Counted from the first letter of the whole stretch, positions 40,242 to 52,879 are shown. The stretch is DNA of 63,862 bases, filler included, from Lama guanicoe (GCA_013239625.1; 162 parts of 162 records of this genome joined end to end with filler, not necessarily neighbours in it); one strand, 5' to 3'. Numbers and translations are program-made. Notes: generated by a model from the sequence alone, not told the origin.

Positions 40242-40536
40242 TAATTGCACACTCTCAAGAAGGCTATTTATTGACCGTATTTGATCAGATGCTAATTTCT
40301 TTGAAGGCCTCTGGTCTCCAAATTGCTGATGAAAAAGTTCAAAGATTTTGTCCATATGCTTATTTGGGTTTTCGACTACATAATTTTACCATTCAAACCC
40401 AAAAGATTCAATTACGAACTGATTCCTTATTAACTTTAAATGATTTTCAGAAATTTCTGGGCGATATTATTTGGATTCGTCCTTATCTAAAGCTTTCTAC
40501 AGGAACTTTAAAGCCTTTATTTGACATTCTTAAAGG
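40242..40536 (+). mobile_element. pol: Endogenous betaretrovirus-like (class II ERV) pol, reverse transcriptase region just after the YMDD motif
   Basis: IAHSQEGYLL...GLQIADEKVQRFCPYAYLGF...QLRTDSLLTLNDFQKFLGDIIWIRPYLKLSTGTLKPLFDILK matches the betaretroviral IADEKIQ..PY.YLG and TLNDFQKLLGDINWIRPYLKL motifs; no stop or frameshift. Confidence 0.92.
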
Positions 40537-41171
40537 NNNNNNNNNNNNNNNNNNNNNNNNNNNNNNNNNNNNNNNNNNNNTTAATTAATTAANNNNNNNN
40601 NNNNNNNNNNNNNNNNNNNNNNNNNNNNNNNNNNNNCTGGAGCAGTGAAGATGCCTGGAACACTGTTTTCTTAAGTCACCAACTCTGCCACGTTTAACTT
40701 AGGGCACATCATGGGTTAATGCTCAAATCTCTGCCTCTTTCTTTCCCTTTCTTTCCTGAAAGGAAATAATCACCTACAAGTCTCATCCTCATTAAACTAC
40801 AGTTGATACCTACAGATCAAGGACTATCTGCAGGTAGCTTTAATCAGGCAAAATAAAAGTAGTTTCTGTCTGAGGCGTATAGCTTAGTAGGTCTGCTCAT
40901 CAGTGCTGGTCCCAACTCTGTATGCTTAACTNNNNNNNNNNNNNNNNNNNNNNNNNNNNNNNNNNNNNNNNNNNNTTAATTAATTAANNNNNNNNNNNNN
41001 NNNNNNNNNNNNNNNNNNNNNNNNNNNNNNNTTGATGAATGAGGCAACCAATAAAGGCAGAAAGGGTGAACATGTCATGCACGGGGTGTGTTCTGCTTAT
41101 TAAAGAAACACATCCATTCCCAAGAACCAAATCACCCCAAAGATAGATACTTGGTATTTAAACCTCGCTTA

Positions 41172-41326
41172 TATAGCAAAGGAAACCAAAGCAAAAATAA
41201 ACAAATAGGACCTAATTAAGCTTAAATGCTTTTGCACAGCAAAAGAAACCATCAACAAACCAAAAAGACAACCTACTGAATGGAAAAAGAATATTTGCAA
41301 GTGATGTGACTGACAAGGGGTTAATA
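41172..41326 (+). mobile_element. L1 ORF2 fragment
   Basis: aaagcaaaaataaacaaataggacctaatt...ttttgcacagcaaaagaaaccatcaac. Confidence 0.9.
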
Positions 41327-42424
41327 NNNNNNNNNNNNNNNNNNNNNNNNNNNNNNNNNNNNNNNNNNNNTTAATTAATTAANNNNNNNNNNNNNNNNNN
41401 NNNNNNNNNNNNNNNNNNNNNNNNNNTGCCTGGGGCACTGCTACTCCTGATAATTTAATTCAGTCCAGGACAATTTAAATAATAATAATAGTGAGCAGCT
41501 ACTTCAGCATAAACTTGTTCTTGAGGCATGCTGTCTGTTCGCTGCCTCATCTGAATCCCCAGTTACTGAGGAGGCCAGAAGCTAAACCTAAGACCCACGT
41601 CCTCTCTGCTGGGTTGCATTTCACAGGCTCGGGGGTAGTGGGGAGGAATGGAAAGTTTCCTTTCTTTTCTTTTCTTTTTTGGCTTCTGCTGCTGGACTTC
41701 CGGTTGGTCCTGGTGACGATGNNNNNNNNNNNNNNNNNNNNNNNNNNNNNNNNNNNNNNNNNNNNTTAATTAATTAANNNNNNNNNNNNNNNNNNNNNNN
41801 NNNNNNNNNNNNNNNNNNNNNGCTGGGTGATGTGGAGACCTGGGGGGCGGGTGGTGTGGGGTGTGGACCACGAGAGGAAGGGACGGCCTCTCAGGCAGGC
41901 AGGGCCATGGGTGCTTGTGGGTCAGCACCCAGGGCTGACCCACTGGGATGAGGGGTTTGAAATCTCTTAAGTCTCCAGTTTTGTCCCTCTCTGGTTTTTT
42001 GGCTTTCCCACGTCTTCTGTGTGACTGTCCACTCCGGAGTCAGCTCGGGGGTTCTGACTGGGTCAGTGTTGAGTGCAGGATTGAGTCAGGGAACACTGAC
42101 TCTTTGTCCAGGCTTTNNNNNNNNNNNNNNNNNNNNNNNNNNNNNNNNNNNNNNNNNNNNTTAATTAATTAANNNNNNNNNNNNNNNNNNNNNNNNNNNN
42201 NNNNNNNNNNNNNNNNGCCAAACTGTCTCCTAAATATGGCAATTTAAATTATGACAACAAAGTTTAAATTTTTGCCTTTTTCACAATCTGAATTCGGTAA
42301 AATAAAATTCATAATGTAGGAGCTGGATATAGATGCAGATACATTAAAATTAATCTTAACTAATGCTAATCATTTGAAATTTCAATAGAATTTAGAAGAG
42401 TACATCATAAAATATGTGACACAT

Positions 42425-42511
42425 TGCAGTGGGTAATTTTAAGTCAACTTGACTGTGCCACCGTGGTGCCCAAATGTGTGTTCAATATTATGCTGGATGT
42501 TTCTGTGAGGG
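42425..42511 (-). mobile_element. MLT2 (ERVL) LTR end
   Basis: gtcaactttgactgtgccac...gtgcccaaat...attatgctggatgtttctgtgaggg, reverse complement of the 52880 type. Confidence 0.7.
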
Positions 42512-43006
42512 NNNNNNNNNNNNNNNNNNNNNNNNNNNNNNNNNNNNNNNNNNNNTTAATTAATTAANNNNNNNNNNNNNNNNNNNNNNNNNNNNNNNNN
42601 NNNNNNNNNNNAGCCTTTCCTGAGTCTCCCACCCCTCTGATTCTGAACTTCACAAAGTGCGGAGGTTACAGTCACTATGTGCCTACCTCCCAGGCTTTGG
42701 CTAGGTTACCTTCGCAAGATCTTCATTAAGGAGCTGCATCAAGAAGTTTAAAGGGGCTAGTCTCACATCTGAGTGGAGGAGCCTGCATAAAATTTAAATG
42801 ACCTTGAAGAGAGAGTGAACCAGGGACAGAGAGGTCGCAGGTCTTAGTCAAAAGTGCCATGAGGCAAAATGTTCTTCAAAGGCTCAGAGTGGCTTCTGAA
42901 CACGGANNNNNNNNNNNNNNNNNNNNNNNNNNNNNNNNNNNNNNNNNNNNTTAATTAATTAANNNNNNNNNNNNNNNNNNNNNNNNNNNNNNNNNNNNNN
43001 NNNNNN

Positions 43007-43301
43007 AAATTTGGTGAAAGATAAAAACCTACAGATGTAATAATTTCAGCAACCCTCCCTCAAAAGATAAATCCAAATAAATAACATGCCCAAACATGTC
43101 AGGATACTACTGCTGAATGCTGAAGACCAAGAAAGATACGAAAGTACCCAGGGGAAACGATGTGTTACTTTTGGGGGAACACTGACTCAATTGACTGCAC
43201 ACTGCTGGCCAGAAACTACAGAACCCAGTGAGGGGTAACACAACATGTTTAAAGGGCCAAAAGGAAGGCGCTCTCAACCCAGAATTCTGTATCCAATAGG
43301 A
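43007..43301 (+). mobile_element. Old L1 ORF1 fragment
   Basis: aaacctacagat...ccagaaactaca...tcaacccagaattctgtatcca. Confidence 0.7.
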
Positions 43302-44586
43302 NNNNNNNNNNNNNNNNNNNNNNNNNNNNNNNNNNNNNNNNNNNNTTAATTAATTAANNNNNNNNNNNNNNNNNNNNNNNNNNNNNNNNNNNNNNNNNNN
43401 NCTTGGCAAATATTTTTCTTTAAAGTCTTATTTTCAAAGAAGTTATAGAAGTCTCATGAATGAAAAACATACTTTTTTGTCTATGCTGCAGTGTTTAATA
43501 ATGCTTAACTTGAAAAGAGCAGAAAAAATATACTTAAAAATTTAGGTATCTAAAGGTTAGCTAAAGGCCACGCTGACATATAGAATGTTCTTATTCTGCC
43601 ATTTTGACTCCACACTTTGGATTATACTGTCTTGGGGAGATACTTTCCTCTTTCATTGCTGATTTTTGTAGAAATCAAGTGAACTTTAGCAACATCNNNN
43701 NNNNNNNNNNNNNNNNNNNNNNNNNNNNNNNNNNNNNNNNTTAATTAATTAANNNNNNNNNNNNNNNNNNNNNNNNNNNNNNNNNNNNNNNNNNNNGCCA
43801 CAACCAAAATGATGCACTGAATTCTTCCTTTCTTTTAATGATATGTGTTGGGCCAACGGACATCCTTCGGAGTCCAAGGATCCCATTCCTGGGCTCTCGG
43901 CTGCCTGACGCTCTTCGCCGGGGGTGCTTCCCGTAGCAAACGAACAGCCCCGGGTAACGCCTCACCACACACTAGCTCAGGCTGGCCTGTTTCAGCCCAC
44001 CTTCCCAGAGTCATAGACCCCACCGCCCTTCAGGGACCCCAGATGTCTTACCTCACCTACAGCCAATCAGAAACCTGCACACAAGCCGATCNNNNNNNNN
44101 NNNNNNNNNNNNNNNNNNNNNNNNNNNNNNNNNNNTTAATTAATTAANNNNNNNNNNNNNNNNNNNNNNNNNNNNNNNNNNNNNNNNNNNNTTCTGGAAT
44201 CCATTTCTGTACAACTCTGTGTAGCTCTCCCTCCTGAGGCAGAAAGACATCTTAATCTGGGTGATTTAAGAAGTGATGCAATGGTACAGCACAGGGAGCT
44301 ACATTCACTTTCTTGGAAGAGCATATAATGTTAAAAGAATCTGAAAAGAAAATGTATATATGTGTGTATGTATATGTATAAATGAACCACTTGGCTGTAC
44401 ACTCGAAACTAACATTGGTTTTTGTTTTTGTTTTTGTTTTTTGATGAGAATTTTTTTCTTTTTTTCAAATTGAGTTATAGTCAGTTNNNNNNNNNNNNNN
44501 NNNNNNNNNNNNNNNNNNNNNNNNNNNNNNTTAATTAATTAANNNNNNNNNNNNNNNNNNNNNNNNNNNNNNNNNNNNNNNNNNNN

Positions 44587-44881
44587 TCCAAATGAAATGA
44601 AACTGTGTGTTCCCAACAAGCTAGGGTATTGACAGTTTTCACACACAGTTAACTCTCAGAATTGAGCATGTGGAGAAATGTTCATTCATCTAGCATAAAT
44701 TGTATGGGTTGCAGTAGAAACACTTTCTCTGGTTTCTCACTATGTTTCCTAGTGTCGGTTTGAGGTTCATGAAGTTTTGACTGAAATACTGTGTTGGAGC
44801 TATTACCTCCACATATATATGTATGTAGCGTGGTTTCCCACTGAAAAGAATCTGTGTGTTCCCAACTAGCTAGGTGATTGA
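44587..44881 (+). repeat. Satellite DNA, ~249-bp monomer (same family)
   Basis: ctgtgtgttcccaac at 44603 and 44852; shares gtttcctagtgtcggtttga, gttggagcta and gagcatgtgga with the 28397 contig. Confidence 0.85.
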
Positions 44882-45529
44882 NNNNNNNNNNNNNNNNNNN
44901 NNNNNNNNNNNNNNNNNNNNNNNNNTTAATTAATTAANNNNNNNNNNNNNNNNNNNNNNNNNNNNNNNNNNNNNNNNNNNNAATGAGGGTACCTGAGTAT
45001 GCAAGGACTTGTCAGGGCGTCATCTTGTCTATCCCCAGACCTGGCAGCTGTGAGAGAAGCTGTCCTCAGGCTGGGGACTCTCAGCCTGTGAAATTAGACC
45101 TCGGTACCTGATCCCCAAGGGCAGGGCTTGTCCAGCAGCAGTTTCTGAGACCCTGACTGCCCGACACCAGTCCTTGCACTGACGGTGCACACTACTTAGG
45201 TGTGTCCCACTGGCCCATAAAGAAGGTATTTGTTTTCAGATGACACTTTGTCAATTCTCTTCTTCTGTTTTTTTTTNNNNNNNNNNNNNNNNNNNNNNNN
45301 NNNNNNNNNNNNNNNNNNNNTTAATTAATTAANNNNNNNNNNNNNNNNNNNNNNNNNNNNNNNNNNNNNNNNNNNNCCCACAGTTCCCTGTGGTGGGACA
45401 GCCCCCCTGATCATCACCCTAGCATTCCCCTTCTGTCCCCCCAGCCACTGCCCTTCCACCCCACCCCACACAGCCTTGCCCGCTTGTTGCCTTTTCTCTC
45501 CCTCTCAGCATCCCTGTGGGGTTGGGAGG

Positions 45530-45625
45530 TTCTCCCCATTCTGCAGGTGTGAAAACTGAGACCCAAAGGGTTTCAGTGACTTGCTCAAGGTCACACAGCT
45601 CTTCAGAGGCAGAGCAAGGGTTTGG
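45530..45625 (-). mobile_element. MIR SINE fragment
   Basis: aaaactgagaccc...gtgacttgctcaaggtcacacagct. Confidence 0.8.
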
Positions 45626-45771
45626 GCTCTGGCCATGCTCTGCCCTCTCCCCTTCTGCTCCTGACTGACCCNNNNNNNNNNNNNNNNNNNNNNNNNNNNN
45701 NNNNNNNNNNNNNNNTTAATTAATTAANNNNNNNNNNNNNNNNNNNNNNNNNNNNNNNNNNNNNNNNNNNN

Positions 45772-46064
45772 CCACATGTTCAATTTTGAGAGTTAAGCGT
45801 GTGTGAAAGCCGTCCTTCACTAACTTGTTGGGAAGAGAAAGTTCTTTTCAGTTGCATACTCCACCGCATACAATATATGGGCAGGTTCAAGCTCCAACTC
45901 GTTTTTAAAGTAAAAACAGCAGGAAATTCAAACCAGCACTAGGAATCAGACTGAGAAACCAGAGAAAGTGTTTATCCTGCAACCTGTTCCTTTATGTTAG
46001 ATGAACGAACGTCTCTCCACATGCTCAGTTTTCAGAGTAAATCCTGAGTGAAAGCCGTCCTTCA
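45772..46064 (-). repeat. Satellite DNA, ~245-bp monomer (same family, reverse orientation)
   Basis: ccacatg...gtgaaagccgtccttca at 45772 and 46017; its reverse complement matches tgaaggacagctttcac and ttcctagtg..ggtttga of the other two contigs. Confidence 0.85.
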
Positions 46065-46164
46065 NNNNNNNNNNNNNNNNNNNNNNNNNNNNNNNNNNNN
46101 NNNNNNNNTTAATTAATTAANNNNNNNNNNNNNNNNNNNNNNNNNNNNNNNNNNNNNNNNNNNN

Positions 46165-46368
46165 AAAAGATACATGCACCCCAATATTCATAGCAGCACT
46201 ATATACAATAGCCTGGACATGGAAGCAACCTAATGTCCATCAACAGATGACTGGATAAAGAAGTTGTATATATATACAATGGAATATTACTCGGTCATAA
46301 AAAAGAATGAAATAATGCTATTTGCAGCAACATGGGTGGACCTGGAAATTATCATATTAAGGGAAGTA
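46165..46368 (+). mobile_element. L1 ORF2 end/3' UTR fragment
   Basis: gatacatgcacccca...aaaaagaatgaaataatgctatttgcagcaacatgg. Confidence 0.92.
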
Positions 46369-46399
46369 TGAGATATATACGTATATATGTATCTATATC

Positions 46400-46458
46400 T
46401 ATATATATACTTTTTCAGATTCTTTTCCATTATATGTTATTACAAGATATTGAATATA
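46400..46458 (-). mobile_element. L1 3' terminal fragment, opposite orientation
   Basis: tttttcagattcttttccattata.gttattacaagatattgaatata; reverse complement resembles the L1 3' ends near 63360 and 44330. Confidence 0.75.
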
Positions 46459-47004
46459 NNNNNNNNNNNNNNNNNNNNNNNNNNNNNNNNNNNNNNNNNN
46501 NNTTAATTAATTAANNNNNNNNNNNNNNNNNNNNNNNNNNNNNNNNNNNNNNNNNNNNATGCTGCTGTATACCTGTTCTGACCCCACTGCTATAAATAAT
46601 TTTAAAAACCAGAATAATTTTTAAAATATTAAACCTCTCCAATGAGTTTGTGAGAGAGCTAGGAATTTTCTGGTTAGGTAAAAGAAACAGAGAAGTGGAA
46701 CGAAACAGCAACCGTGGTCTCCTTCTTGGGGATCTTCACCTTGCCAGGTGAACTTGAATTTGAGCTTCCACAGCCTCGGGTATTTGAAACACAGAAAACA
46801 TCCCTCAGACCCACCCACGGCAGGGACTGTAAAAGAACAGACTTCATCCCTAANNNNNNNNNNNNNNNNNNNNNNNNNNNNNNNNNNNNNNNNNNNNTTA
46901 ATTAATTAANNNNNNNNNNNNNNNNNNNNNNNNNNNNNNNNNNNNNNNNNNNNTGCTCCTTCCTCTTCTGCAGTCACACATCCTTCTGCTTCTGTCTCAC
47001 AAAG

Positions 47005-47248
47005 TGTAAAAAGTAAATTAACAGGAATCACAATTAAATAGAGGTGGGAGACAGTGGGAGCACTCATGCCCTGTGAGGAGAGCAGAGCTCAAAGGGCAGA
47101 AGAAGGACATGTCTTGTTTCCTGGCAAGGACTCAGCCAATGAGAAGCCGTGGACTCTCTGTTTACTACAGCCCTCCCCACTTCCTCTCTGTAAACACAGT
47201 CTCCTTCCCTTGCCGTGTGGGGACTTGGATGTGGTTACAGACCTTGAA
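47005..47248 (+). mobile_element. ERV LTR, 5' portion
   Basis: Begins tgtaaaaagtaaatt; contains cagccaatga and aaacacagtctccttcccttg. Confidence 0.55.
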
Positions 47249-47743
47249 NNNNNNNNNNNNNNNNNNNNNNNNNNNNNNNNNNNNNNNNNNNNTTAATTAA
47301 TTAANNNNNNNNNNNNNNNNNNNNNNNNNNNNNNNNNNNNNNNNNNNNAAAAAAAAGAAATTCAAGTGCATGTTCTTTTAAACAGACATATGTACATTAT
47401 ACTTTTTGTACCATAATGGAATCATATTGTAGATGCTACTTGGAAATTTGCCTTTTTTCACTTAATATTATATCATTAACATACTACCACATTAATGAAT
47501 TCACTTGTACCATGAATGTATACTATTCCATTGTAAAGATGTACCATAAGTTATTAAACTACTCCTGTTTTTGAACATTTAGCTTGTTGCCAACATTTTG
47601 CTCTTTATTCATCTTTGTGCGTATTTCTTATATACTCATTCAANNNNNNNNNNNNNNNNNNNNNNNNNNNNNNNNNNNNNNNNNNNNTTAATTAATTAAN
47701 NNNNNNNNNNNNNNNNNNNNNNNNNNNNNNNNNNNNNNNNNNN

Positions 47744-48038
47744 ATAATTGACCTACAACACTGTGTTAGTTCCTGTTACACAACATAGTGATCTGATATT
47801 TCTATACATTTCAAAATGGTCATCACAAAAAGCCTAGTTACCATCTGTCACCATACGAAGATGTCACATAGTAATTGACTATATTCCCCACATTGTACAT
47901 TTCATCCCTGTCATTCATTTATTTTGCAACTGGAAGTTGGTACCTCTTAATCTCCCTCACCTATTTCTCCTCTCCCCTCCCCTCTTCCGCTCTGGCAACC
48001 ACATGTTTGTTCTCTGTATCTATGACTCTGTTTCTGTT
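47744..48038 (-). mobile_element. L1MA/MB-type 3' end
   Basis: ctagttaccatctgtcaccatac...actggaagttggtacctctt...tctggcaaccac. Confidence 0.8.
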
Positions 48039-48928
48039 NNNNNNNNNNNNNNNNNNNNNNNNNNNNNNNNNNNNNNNNNNNNTTAATTAATTAANNNNNN
48101 NNNNNNNNNNNNNNNNNNNNNNNNNNNNNNNNNNNNNNGTCCTCAGGGCATCCACGCCGGGGGCACCCAGCATCCGTGAACAGCAACAGGGCAGCCTTTT
48201 AGGGGTTGACGTCTAGAGTCTCTCAGGAATGTTGTCAAAGCCATGAACCGGACGTGAGCAGGTCAGCGTGTGCAGCCTGTGCTCCGCGCTTGTCAACCAT
48301 GTACACTTCCAGATAGGCACACGTGTCCCCACATGCTCCCGGTGACACCGTGGCCCCAGGAGGGCGGCGTGATGACGGGGAAGAATGCAAGGTCACATCC
48401 CACTGCTTTGCCATTTGCACAGTGTGCAGGGAGNNNNNNNNNNNNNNNNNNNNNNNNNNNNNNNNNNNNNNNNNNNNTTAATTAATTAANNNNNNNNNNN
48501 NNNNNNNNNNNNNNNNNNNNNNNNNNNNNNNNNAAAAAAAAATCAAGCACATTTCCACTTCCATTTCCATGTCATTTCTCACATTGTTTTCACCCTACAC
48601 AATGCTCTTTTTCTACTCACTCTTCCTTTAAGACCCAGTTCACAGGCTGCATCCTCTGTGAGGCCTTTTCTAAGCCTTGGTGCTGAACTGCTCCCTCGCT
48701 GCCCTTCTGGTCCACTTGATGTGAGTGCTGATCTCCTCTGCTTATGTGATCGCCGTGCTCCTGTCTGGGTTCCGCACATCACTGCGCTCCCTGATAGTCT
48801 TGCTCATCTTGCTCGTCTGTATGTCCCCNNNNNNNNNNNNNNNNNNNNNNNNNNNNNNNNNNNNNNNNNNNNTTAATTAATTAANNNNNNNNNNNNNNNN
48901 NNNNNNNNNNNNNNNNNNNNNNNNNNNN

Positions 48929-49170
48929 AAATAAAGATGACTTAAATTAATGAAAATTTATACCAGATTCATAAATTAAAAGATTCAATATTAGTAAGAT
49001 GTCAGTTATCACATGACTGATTGATAGATTCAGTGCAATCTCAGTCACAATGTTAAGCTAATTCTAATAGTTATAGGAAAATCCAAGCTGTAATAATACA
49101 AAGGGGTATCTAGACAAAATAATTTTGAAAAAAAGTTTACTCGACTGATACTACCTGACTTTAAAAAACC
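48929..49170 (+). mobile_element. Old L1 ORF2 fragment
   Basis: agattcaatattagtaagatgtcagtt...atactacctgacttta. Confidence 0.75.
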
Positions 49171-49323
49171 AAGCGAGTCGAGAAACAGCACACTTTTCAA
49201 ACTGCAGACTCATCTTTTTAATANNNNNNNNNNNNNNNNNNNNNNNNNNNNNNNNNNNNNNNNNNNNTTAATTAATTAANNNNNNNNNNNNNNNNNNNNN
49301 NNNNNNNNNNNNNNNNNNNNNNN

Positions 49324-49590
49324 CTAAAATCCTGCAATGGCTTTCCCTGAACTTAGAATAAAACCAGCTCCCCCTCAAGACGGCAGGACTGGTACCACCT
49401 GGCCCCTACCCGCCTGCTCTCGGGGCACTCACACATAGCCGCAATGCATTAAGCCTTTGGAAGGCACCACCCGTGGGTTGAACACAGGGCCTTTGTGCCT
49501 GCTGATCTCCTGCTATTAATGCGCCTGCACCTGCTCCCACTGACCCTTTCACCTTCAAAGCTGCCTCCTGGGAGGGCTTCCGCCCCACCT
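49324..49590 (-). mobile_element. L2 fragment
   Basis: aaaatcctgcaatggctttcc...cttagaataaaa...cagggcctttgtgcctgctg. Confidence 0.65.
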
Positions 49591-49718
49591 GGGACCTGGT
49601 GTCAGGTCAGTCCTCCCANNNNNNNNNNNNNNNNNNNNNNNNNNNNNNNNNNNNNNNNNNNNTTAATTAATTAANNNNNNNNNNNNNNNNNNNNNNNNNN
49701 NNNNNNNNNNNNNNNNNN

Positions 49719-49910
49719 GTCAAAAGGAGAGATCTCGGTGGTCATGGAAATGTTCTGTATGTTGACAATATTAATATCAGCATGCTGGATGTGATACTGT
49801 AATACAGCTTTTAATATGTTAGCATCAGGTAAAACTTGGTAGAGAGTACAATGAGATATGTCTCTATTATTTCTTACAACTGCATGTAAAACTAAAATCA
49901 TCTCAAAAAT
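49719..49910 (+). mobile_element. L1MC-type 3' end
   Basis: atggaaatgttctgtat...ttatttcttacaactgcatgtaaa. Confidence 0.7.
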
Positions 49911-50508
49911 TACCTATTACATTAGAGTCATTTTCAATTGTAAATCAATGTATAGTTTGGGGAATCTGTATTGTATATAATTAGTCTATCAGTCTTGCTC
50001 TAATGCCTCAGAGNNNNNNNNNNNNNNNNNNNNNNNNNNNNNNNNNNNNNNNNNNNNTTAATTAATTAANNNNNNNNNNNNNNNNNNNNNNNNNNNNNNN
50101 NNNNNNNNNNNNNACTCCACTTGCTGCCCTGGACAAGGAATAAACACAAATCAGGAAACTGGCCTCAAAAGAATTAATTCCATCTCACGCTGCTGGTCCA
50201 TTTTTGTTAGGATTAGCGAACATTCGTTTTGAGGAGGCTGGGCCACTTATATTTACTAGAATCCCAGGATATTTAGAGACCCTGAAACAGTGACACCCAG
50301 GGAACTATAAACCTTTAAAAGTGTTTCTAGGTTTTTATATCTCTTTCTAAAACTGTGCTATAAAAAATAAGCTTTTAATCAGATTTTTATATACAGTCCA
50401 TCTGCCCCNNNNNNNNNNNNNNNNNNNNNNNNNNNNNNNNNNNNNNNNNNNNTTAATTAATTAANNNNNNNNNNNNNNNNNNNNNNNNNNNNNNNNNNNN
50501 NNNNNNNN

Positions 50509-50782
50509 ATGGAGGCTGGTAAGTCCAAGATCAAGGTGCTGGCAGATTCAGTGTCTGGCAAGGCTTTTTGGTTCATAGATGGCCGTCTTGTCTCCGTGTC
50601 CTCACATGGCAGAAGGGAGTGAGGGGACTCCATGGGGTCTCTTACAAGGGCACTAACCCCATTCATGAAAGCTCTACCCTGACGACCTAATTACTTCCCA
50701 AAGGCCCCGCCTCCAAACCCTGTCATACTGGGAATTAGGTTTCAACATGTCAGTTTTGGGGCGGAACACAAATATGCAGTCC
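50509..50782 (-). mobile_element. MaLR LTR (MLT1-like)
   Basis: aagtccaagatcaaggtgctggcagattcagtgtctgg...ttaggtttcaacatg. Confidence 0.9.
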
Positions 50783-52879
50783 AAATACTTACATTCAAAA
50801 CAANNNNNNNNNNNNNNNNNNNNNNNNNNNNNNNNNNNNNNNNNNNNTTAATTAATTAANNNNNNNNNNNNNNNNNNNNNNNNNNNNNNNNNNNNNNNNN
50901 NNNAAGACCCCCTATAGGACTTCTAGGCTTCCCTGTGTGGCCCCCAGTCATCGCTGCCTCCTGGCATTCACGCTGAGTAGGGGTGACTTGTGTGTGATGC
51001 GTCACAGCTTCCATCTTGTTCTCTTGAATCCCTTACTCTGAGGGAAGCCAGCTTCCACATCGTGAAGACACTGAGGCACACAGGGAACAGAGGCTTCCTG
51101 ACAGCAGCTCTGAGCACGCACTGTCTTGGGAGTTGGTCCTCCAGCCCCAGTCAGGCATGCAGGTGACCTCAGCCCTGGCTGATATCTGACTGCAGCCTNN
51201 NNNNNNNNNNNNNNNNNNNNNNNNNNNNNNNNNNNNNNNNNNTTAATTAATTAANNNNNNNNNNNNNNNNNNNNNNNNNNNNNNNNNNNNNNNNNNNNAC
51301 AACCTCCCAAGTTTGGGGGACGTGTGCATCACTGCAGGGCCATGCCTGGCCAAGCGGTGAGATAGCTCTGCAGGCCACCCTGCCTGTTATTCCCAGAAGG
51401 GCCTGGGGAAGGGATGGCACTGATGGTGAAATAGTTTAAGGCTGTCTTGTGGGTTCCTCTTTAAACCCCAAGCTTGCTGGGTATAAAAGAACAGAAAGGA
51501 AACAGGCCTTGGAGGCAGCAGTGAACAGATTCTTTACTGTTGGATTATACACCATCAATCACCCACCGTGGTGACCAGCCTCCTGCTCAGGGCNNNNNNN
51601 NNNNNNNNNNNNNNNNNNNNNNNNNNNNNNNNNNNNNTTAATTAATTAANNNNNNNNNNNNNNNNNNNNNNNNNNNNNNNNNNNNNNNNNNNNCTCCTTT
51701 CAAGAGATAAATGCCATGTGAATGTGGAATTACTAAAGGGTAAGACATCATTGATATTATCCCTCGCAAATACCAATTTCCCCCAGAGGAAGTTGCTGGA
51801 AACGTGCATCAGAGACATCAGGTGAAAATATTCTATGTTACCGACAAAATAAGATGACATGATATAGAAACGTTTTTGTTGATATATCTTAACTTGACTT
51901 CTCACTTTAATGAATTAATGGATGGCGACTATTCGGCTGTATTTATTGTCTCTGGGAGGGGTCAAGACATTAAACACACACACACACANNNNNNNNNNNN
52001 NNNNNNNNNNNNNNNNNNNNNNNNNNNNNNNNTTAATTAATTAANNNNNNNNNNNNNNNNNNNNNNNNNNNNNNNNNNNNNNNNNNNNGAAAATGAATCT
52101 TTGGGGGAGGATGGATATGTTCACAATTGTGATCATGGTGCCTTCACTGGTCAAAACTAAACAAATTGTGCTCTTTAAATATGTACCCCTTACGGTGTGT
52201 CAATTATACCTCACTTGTACACCAATAAATATGTCATATTCCAGTCTCTAACTTCTTTTGCTCTTTTTCATTTCACCACAAAATCCACTCTATTTTGTAT
52301 TTCAAGTTTTCAGCCCTTCTCTTGATATAAAAAGATTTGCATCTCAGAAAATAAGCAAGCCATGAAGTGAGACATTTTAATTCNNNNNNNNNNNNNNNNN
52401 NNNNNNNNNNNNNNNNNNNNNNNNNNNTTAATTAATTAANNNNNNNNNNNNNNNNNNNNNNNNNNNNNNNNNNNNNNNNNNNNTGAAAAGTTGCCAAGAA
52501 ACTAAACACTACAAGTTCTCATCACAGAAAGAAAAGTCCTGAAACCATGTGAGGCGATAGACTTCCGTGGCGATCATTCCACAACCTGCACAAACACCGA
52601 ATCACGACGTCGCACACCTAAAACCAGCATGCTTTATGTCAGTTACACCTCAATACAAATAAATAAACGAACAGACAAACACGTTTTATTAAATAAATGA
52701 GACACGTTTTGGAACAAACTGCATGAGCATTATGTGTTTATCAGCAAATCACAGTTTGGATTTTAATGATGTAATTTTTNNNNNNNNNNNNNNNNNNNNN
52801 NNNNNNNNNNNNNNNNNNNNNNNTTAATTAATTAANNNNNNNNNNNNNNNNNNNNNNNNNNNNNNNNNNNNNNNNNNNN

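Noticed and set aside
21288..40536. AP1S2-like, ANKRD26-like and RT fragments as a gene cluster
   Set aside because: They are on independent contigs ordered by length, so there is no linkage information
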